A stretch of 64,000 bases of DNA from the human T2T-CHM13v2.0 reference genome, Homo sapiens, in NCBI RefSeq assembly GCF_009914755.1, contig NC_060925.1, one strand, 5' to 3'. The notes under the pieces were generated by a model. The model saw nothing but the letters and a program-made list of their open reading frames with translations. It was not told the origin of the DNA and did not search any database. The position numbers and the translations under genes are program-made. Below, in pieces: positions 53,975 through 64,000 of the stretch (position 1 is the first letter of the stretch; each line of letters begins with the position of its first letter).

Positions 53975-54087
53975 TTAGAGAAGAGCTCTAATGAGATCAC
54001 CGTTATTTTCATCTGGTAATTGTGGCTGAGGAAGAACTCTATTAAAAGGAAAAAGAGTTGGCTTTGCCATTTTATCATTAGTACCAT
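53975..54087 (-). CDS. Candidate terminal coding exon (D)GTNDKMAKPTLFPFNRVLPQPQLPDENNGDLIRALL*
   Basis: aattttgttttgcag|AT; TAA at 53977-53975; AATAAA at 53964-53959. Confidence 0.4.
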
Positions 54088-54327
54088 CTGCAAAACAAAA
54101 TTTCTTTGCAAGAATCTTTTCAAGCTTAAATTATAGGTACAATTTTAAGGGTTATTTTAACTACATATTATAATCTATAAATTTACTTAACCCAAAAAAT
54201 GCTAACTGCAACTACTGCTCAGTAAGCTGGAAGCAAGCAAAAGAATGAAAGATCCCTGAAAGCCTCTCTGTGTTGTGCAATTCCTACTCTTCTCTCAAAA
54301 CACTGCATTTATCTGATTTATACTTAC

Positions 54328-54347
54328 CACTACTTAGGAGATTACTA
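54328..54347 (-). CDS. Candidate 20-nt micro-exon (SNLLSS)
   Basis: ttacttaaag|TAGTAATCTCCTAAGTAGTG|gtaagt; phase 2 to 1. Confidence 0.35.
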
Positions 54348-55144
54348 CTTTAAGTAACCAATGCAAAATAAAACACAAATTATATAATTTGTCCTTAGCG
54401 TTAAGGAAAATGGCAAATCCGGGTACCTTCCCAATTCATGTCACAGACTATTATTAGGTTTTTCTGCCAGAGTAAAGGCTAATTGCATGAATATCCTGTT
54501 TAGTCCTGGTAAGGGAGGGGGTGGGTTGCATTCCTGAAATAGGTGTGCAAACTAAATCTGTATATGTGTAGTTGTTTAGCATAGCCCCTGTGGAGATGCT
54601 TTTGTAAGTCAGCATTGTTCCCTTCAAATCCCCTGAAGTCACTGCATCCCTTAGGTAACAGTCACCTCGTGCTACCATTCCTACAATTATCGGTCAATCC
54701 TCCAAGACTTCAGTAATGTTTATTATGCCCTTCATAATGTCAAAGAGCTCTACCAGTGTTGAAAGGGCTTCTGGCTGTTCCTGACTCCTTTTCCTCTACC
54801 CTTCGCTTGAAGACACCTCAAGCTGCCTTGAAAATGCATTTTAACACCCAGTATGATGCCCTTCCTTTGTTACTTTGTAACGAAGTGCTATTCATGTATG
54901 TCTTTTGTCAGCTATTACAGGTTTGCTACAGCACAGGATAAATGGCAGGGAGAGGCTACAGTAGAGTAGATCCATTGCCTAACACACTCAACTCAGGAGT
55001 GCAAGATAAAGAGCTCTGAGGATTGAGAGTGGATGGCCAGAGTTCAGATGTCCTGAAAGTTCAAAGACCAAGAGTATACAACAGCTCAGAGAACATGATG
55101 GGTGTGGTATGTGTGTGTCAGTGGGGGCGTGGTGTGGGGATGGA

Positions 55145-55191
55145 TACACATACATGCACACACACACACACACACCCATGTACACACACAC
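55145..55191. repeat. Imperfect (CA)n microsatellite
   Basis: CACACACACACACACAC with interruptions. Confidence 0.85.
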
Positions 55192-55495
55192 ATCAGTAAC
55201 ATACATTATGTTTATATGGGAAATATTTCAGATACAGAGATATAGAAAAATCGGTGTTGTTTAAAGCTGTTTTTCTTGTCCTGATGAGTGTTGTCTTTCT
55301 GAAACAACATTTTGGAAGGTTATAAACTTATTTTCAAATCCTCAAAGCATTTTTAGAATTCTGTGTGGAAAGGCCTTTGCAGACTAAAGCACATTCTATT
55401 GGTCATCCTTAAGGATGAGAAATTGTCATTATTTGATGCTGGCTCTAATTCTAGACAAAAGCCTCTAAAAGTGAGTTGTAGAAAAGTGGATAATT

Positions 55496-56532
<1,037 letters not shown>

Positions 56533-56632
56533 AATGTTCTGTCTTATAGTTGGCCTTAAGTACTCACATCTATAATTTTGTTATGTATAAAACTAACCCT
56601 CTTCTTAGGATGCCATCTCCAAGAAAGCTTAC

Positions 56633-56686
56633 TTTCCCATTCCCATGAGACCATCTGTACCCAAACTTGTTTGATATTGGTAAATG
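56633..56686 (-). CDS. Candidate 54-nt exon (IYQYQTSLGTDGLMGMG in phase 2)
   Basis: cttttatttcaaaattttag|CATTT...GGAAA|gtaagc; alternative donor at 56598. Confidence 0.45.
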
Positions 56687-56863
56687 CTAAAATTTTGAAA
56701 TAAAAGACAAAAGTGTTTTCAATATACATTTTTAAAACCTTAAAACCTTTTTAAAAATATCGTGTGCATTAGAACGTAACTGCTAGGAACCCTGGTTTGG
56801 TATTAGGGTTTACTAACATTATTATTTTTTTTCTCTTGTTACTTGCCCATAGGGCTTACTAAC

Positions 56864-56941
56864 ATTTTAAGCGTCTTAACTCTGCTAGTAGTCGGCAAGT
56901 TCATTAGGTTAGGCTCCGTTTTTAAGCCACTTAGTGTAAGA
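56864..56941 (-). CDS. Candidate 78-nt exon (LTLSGLKTEPNLMNLPTTSRVKTLK)
   Basis: ttactgaag|TCTT...AAAAT|gttagt; alternative donor gtaagc at 56860; weak acceptor. Confidence 0.3.
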
Positions 56942-57220
56942 CTTCAGTAAATTATTTCTGAATGCCAACCAATGTATTATAGAGACAGTGTGGGAATAAA
57001 ACACTGGACATTTTCTTTTTTTTTTTAATAAAAACTGTATATATTTAAAATGTACATGGCTATACACATAAGAGATCAAAATAAAATAAAATGTACAATA
57101 TGTTTTGATATACATTAGCTTGACTACAGTCAAGCTCATTAATATGTCTATCTCCTCATATAGTTACTGTGTGGTGGGTGGTGGGGGCGGCGAGCTGGAT
57201 ATTTTCAAAAGAGAAATTAC

Positions 57221-57259
57221 CAAAGAAAATGCACGCACTCTTGAAAAGGTGTTAGAATG
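57221..57259 (-). CDS. Candidate 39-nt exon (ILTPFQECVHFL)
   Basis: ctgtttccctttactattatctag|CATT...CTTTG|gtaatt. Confidence 0.4.
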
Positions 57260-57356
57260 CTAGATAATAGTAAAGGGAAACAGAGTAGTTTGATTAGAAT
57301 ATTGACATTTCATTTGATACAATAGGTTTACCAAGTAAGAAATTAAGAATTTCTCT

Positions 57357-57946
<590 letters not shown>

Positions 57947-57999
57947 CTATATATAATTAAATTTAAATATATATATATACACACACACACATGCATGTA

Positions 58000-59025
<1,026 letters not shown>

Positions 59026-59388
59026 TAAAACATTGGACCTGGGTTCAAATTCCAGTTTAATTACTTACTAGCTATGTAACTTTGAGCTATTTACTTAAGT
59101 CCTCCAAATCTCAAATTCTTCCAAAAGGAGCTAAAAATAGTATCTGCTTCTCAGAGTTGTGAGAACTGAATGATAATATTCCTCCCTCCCTGTGAAGCTA
59201 TTAAGCACTCAATAAATGGTTGATATTATTATTCATATTAGAATTTCTTTTGTCTCCCACTGGTTATTTGTTCTTCTTTTCTCTGCATCAATTGCTTCAC
59301 TTAAAGCACCAATTCTAATTTAATGAGGTTATTTTAAATGTGATCTTGGCTCAAAGGTCTTCTAGACAATATGATAAGGAATGCTGAC

Positions 59389-59442
59389 CTTATCACAGCA
59401 ACACTGTATAACCTTCCATTCCATATGAATATAGCAGCGTCC
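59389..59442 (-). CDS. Candidate 54-nt exon (DAAIFIWNGRLYSVAVI in phase 2)
   Basis: gtttcccaaacag|GGACG...ATAAG|gtcagc. Confidence 0.4.
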
Positions 59443-59707
59443 CTGTTTGGGAAACTTTTAGGAAACTCTATGTATAGATTCACTGAACACATATTTAATG
59501 AGTACCAGGTATGTGTCAGGTAGTATTCTAGGAGTCAGGGATATACCAGTGAACGAAATACACAAAGATCACTGCCTTTCTGGAGTTGACATTCTAGTAT
59601 TATTTGCTATAATGCAAAAGAATTTGTGAATTTTAGAAATTTGGTGAATTTTTTAAAAGGGGATTCCTTTAAATAGCTATAAACTATACTTAAAATGTAG
59701 CCGGGTT

Positions 59708-61238
<1,531 letters not shown>

Positions 61239-61379
61239 AAAGTGTATCCAGCAAGAATCTGATAATCATACTCATGTTATGGCTGTTTCATTCATTAACA
61301 GATCATTTATTCTATAAGACACTTCCTGGCTTCAACTTCCTCCCCTCCTGAAGCTAGCCCTAATAAAAATTTCCTTTCT

Positions 61380-62505
61380 AGGCAACTATGGAGACAGCAA
61401 AAAGATCAGTGGTTACTAGGTTTTAGGGAGAGGATGAATATAGGTGGGGTACAGAGAATTGTTAGGGCAATGAAAATACCTTGTATGACACTATAATGAT
61501 GGAGATATGTCATTATGCATTTACGCAAACCCATAGAATGTACAACACCAAAAGTGAACCCTAAAGTAAGCTATGGAGTTTGGGTGGTAAGGATTTGTCA
61601 ATGTACAGTAGCTCCCCCTTATCAGAGGAAGATACATTCCAAGATCCCCAGTGGATGCCTGAAACCACAGATAGTATCAAGCCCTCTTTATATTCTTCAC
61701 AATTTCACAGATAGAAGAGTTGTTCTTACCATAGATCCTAGCAACATCAGCATGCAATTTTTTTTCTTTTTTATTAATTAGAGAACTTTCTCCTTTTCAC
61801 TGAAAGGTAGTACTTTATGGCTTCTCTTTGGCATATCCAAATTGCCAGCATCACTACCCTTGCACTTTGGGGCCTTTTTACTTTTTTTTTTTTTTTGAAA
61901 TAGGGTTTTTCTCTGTTGCCCAGGCCGGAGTGCAGTGGCACCATCATAGCTCACTGCTGCCTCAAACTCCCGGGCTCAAAGGATCCTCATGTCTTGGCCT
62001 CCCAAAGTGCTGGATTGCCTGTGTGAGCCACCACACCCAGCCTGGGGCCATTATTAAGTAAAATAAGTGTTATTTGAGCACAAGCCCTGATATACTGTCA
62101 CAGTATCTCAGCATAATCTGGTAACCGAGACCAATATGTGGGGAGTGTATACAGCAGGGATACACTGGACAAATGGATGATTCACATCCCAGTCAGGATG
62201 GAACAGGACAGCACAAGGTTTCAACATGCTACTCAGAATGGCACACAGTTTAAACTTATCAATTGTTTATTTCGGGAATATTCCATTTAATATTTTCAAA
62301 CAGCAATTGACCATGGATAACTGAAACTGAGGATAAGATGGGATTTCTGTAGGTTCATCAGTTGTAACAAATGCCCCACTCTGATGTGACATGGTGATAA
62401 TGGGAGAGGCTATGCATGTGTGCAGGCAGCGGGTATATGGGAAATCTCTGTATCTTCCTCTCAGTTTTGCTGTAAACCTAAAACTGCTCTAAAAAATAAA
62501 GTCGT
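61380..62505 (+). mobile_element. L1M 3' end, interrupted by a MER44 (Tigger7-type) element at 61604-62349 that itself contains an Alu monomer (-) at 61883-62045
   Basis: CTATGGAGACAGCAAAAAGATCAGTGG...TAAACCTAAAACTGCTCTAAAAAATAAAG; MER44 TIR TA-CAGTAGCTCCCCCTTATC...GGATAAGATGGGATTTCTG-TA. Confidence 0.8.
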
Positions 62506-62513
62506 TTTTTTAA

Positions 62514-64000
<1,487 letters not shown>

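Overview
Primate (probably human) genomic DNA, AT-rich and dense in repeats. By eye there are about 60 Alu/FLAM copies, plus old L1s, MaLR/ERVL LTRs, MIR/L2 and Tigger/Charlie elements. No intact known gene is recognisable. Three retrocopies are clear, all on the + strand: a 7SK fragment (~1.4 kb), an RPL41 processed pseudogene (~3.8 kb) and a 3'-truncated RPSA processed pseudogene (~21.7-22.4 kb). Almost all ORF-track entries are Alu, L1 or low-complexity artefacts. The most interesting signal is invisible to the ORF track. Six small GT-AG exons on the minus strand (59442 to 53975) lie in unique DNA between Alus and splice into a 118-residue stop-free frame followed by AATAAA. Nearby are a 144-nt exon-like unit split by an Alu (51528-51993) and further exon-like segments at 28-39 kb. 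The ~2:1 + strand bias of retroelements also fits a minus-strand transcription unit, either an unannotated micro-exon gene or a decaying unitary pseudogene/lncRNA. This model is hand-built and unverified. Several repeat-free islands carry TCF, PAX, SOX and FOX motifs and look like developmental enhancers. Repeat boundaries are approximate.
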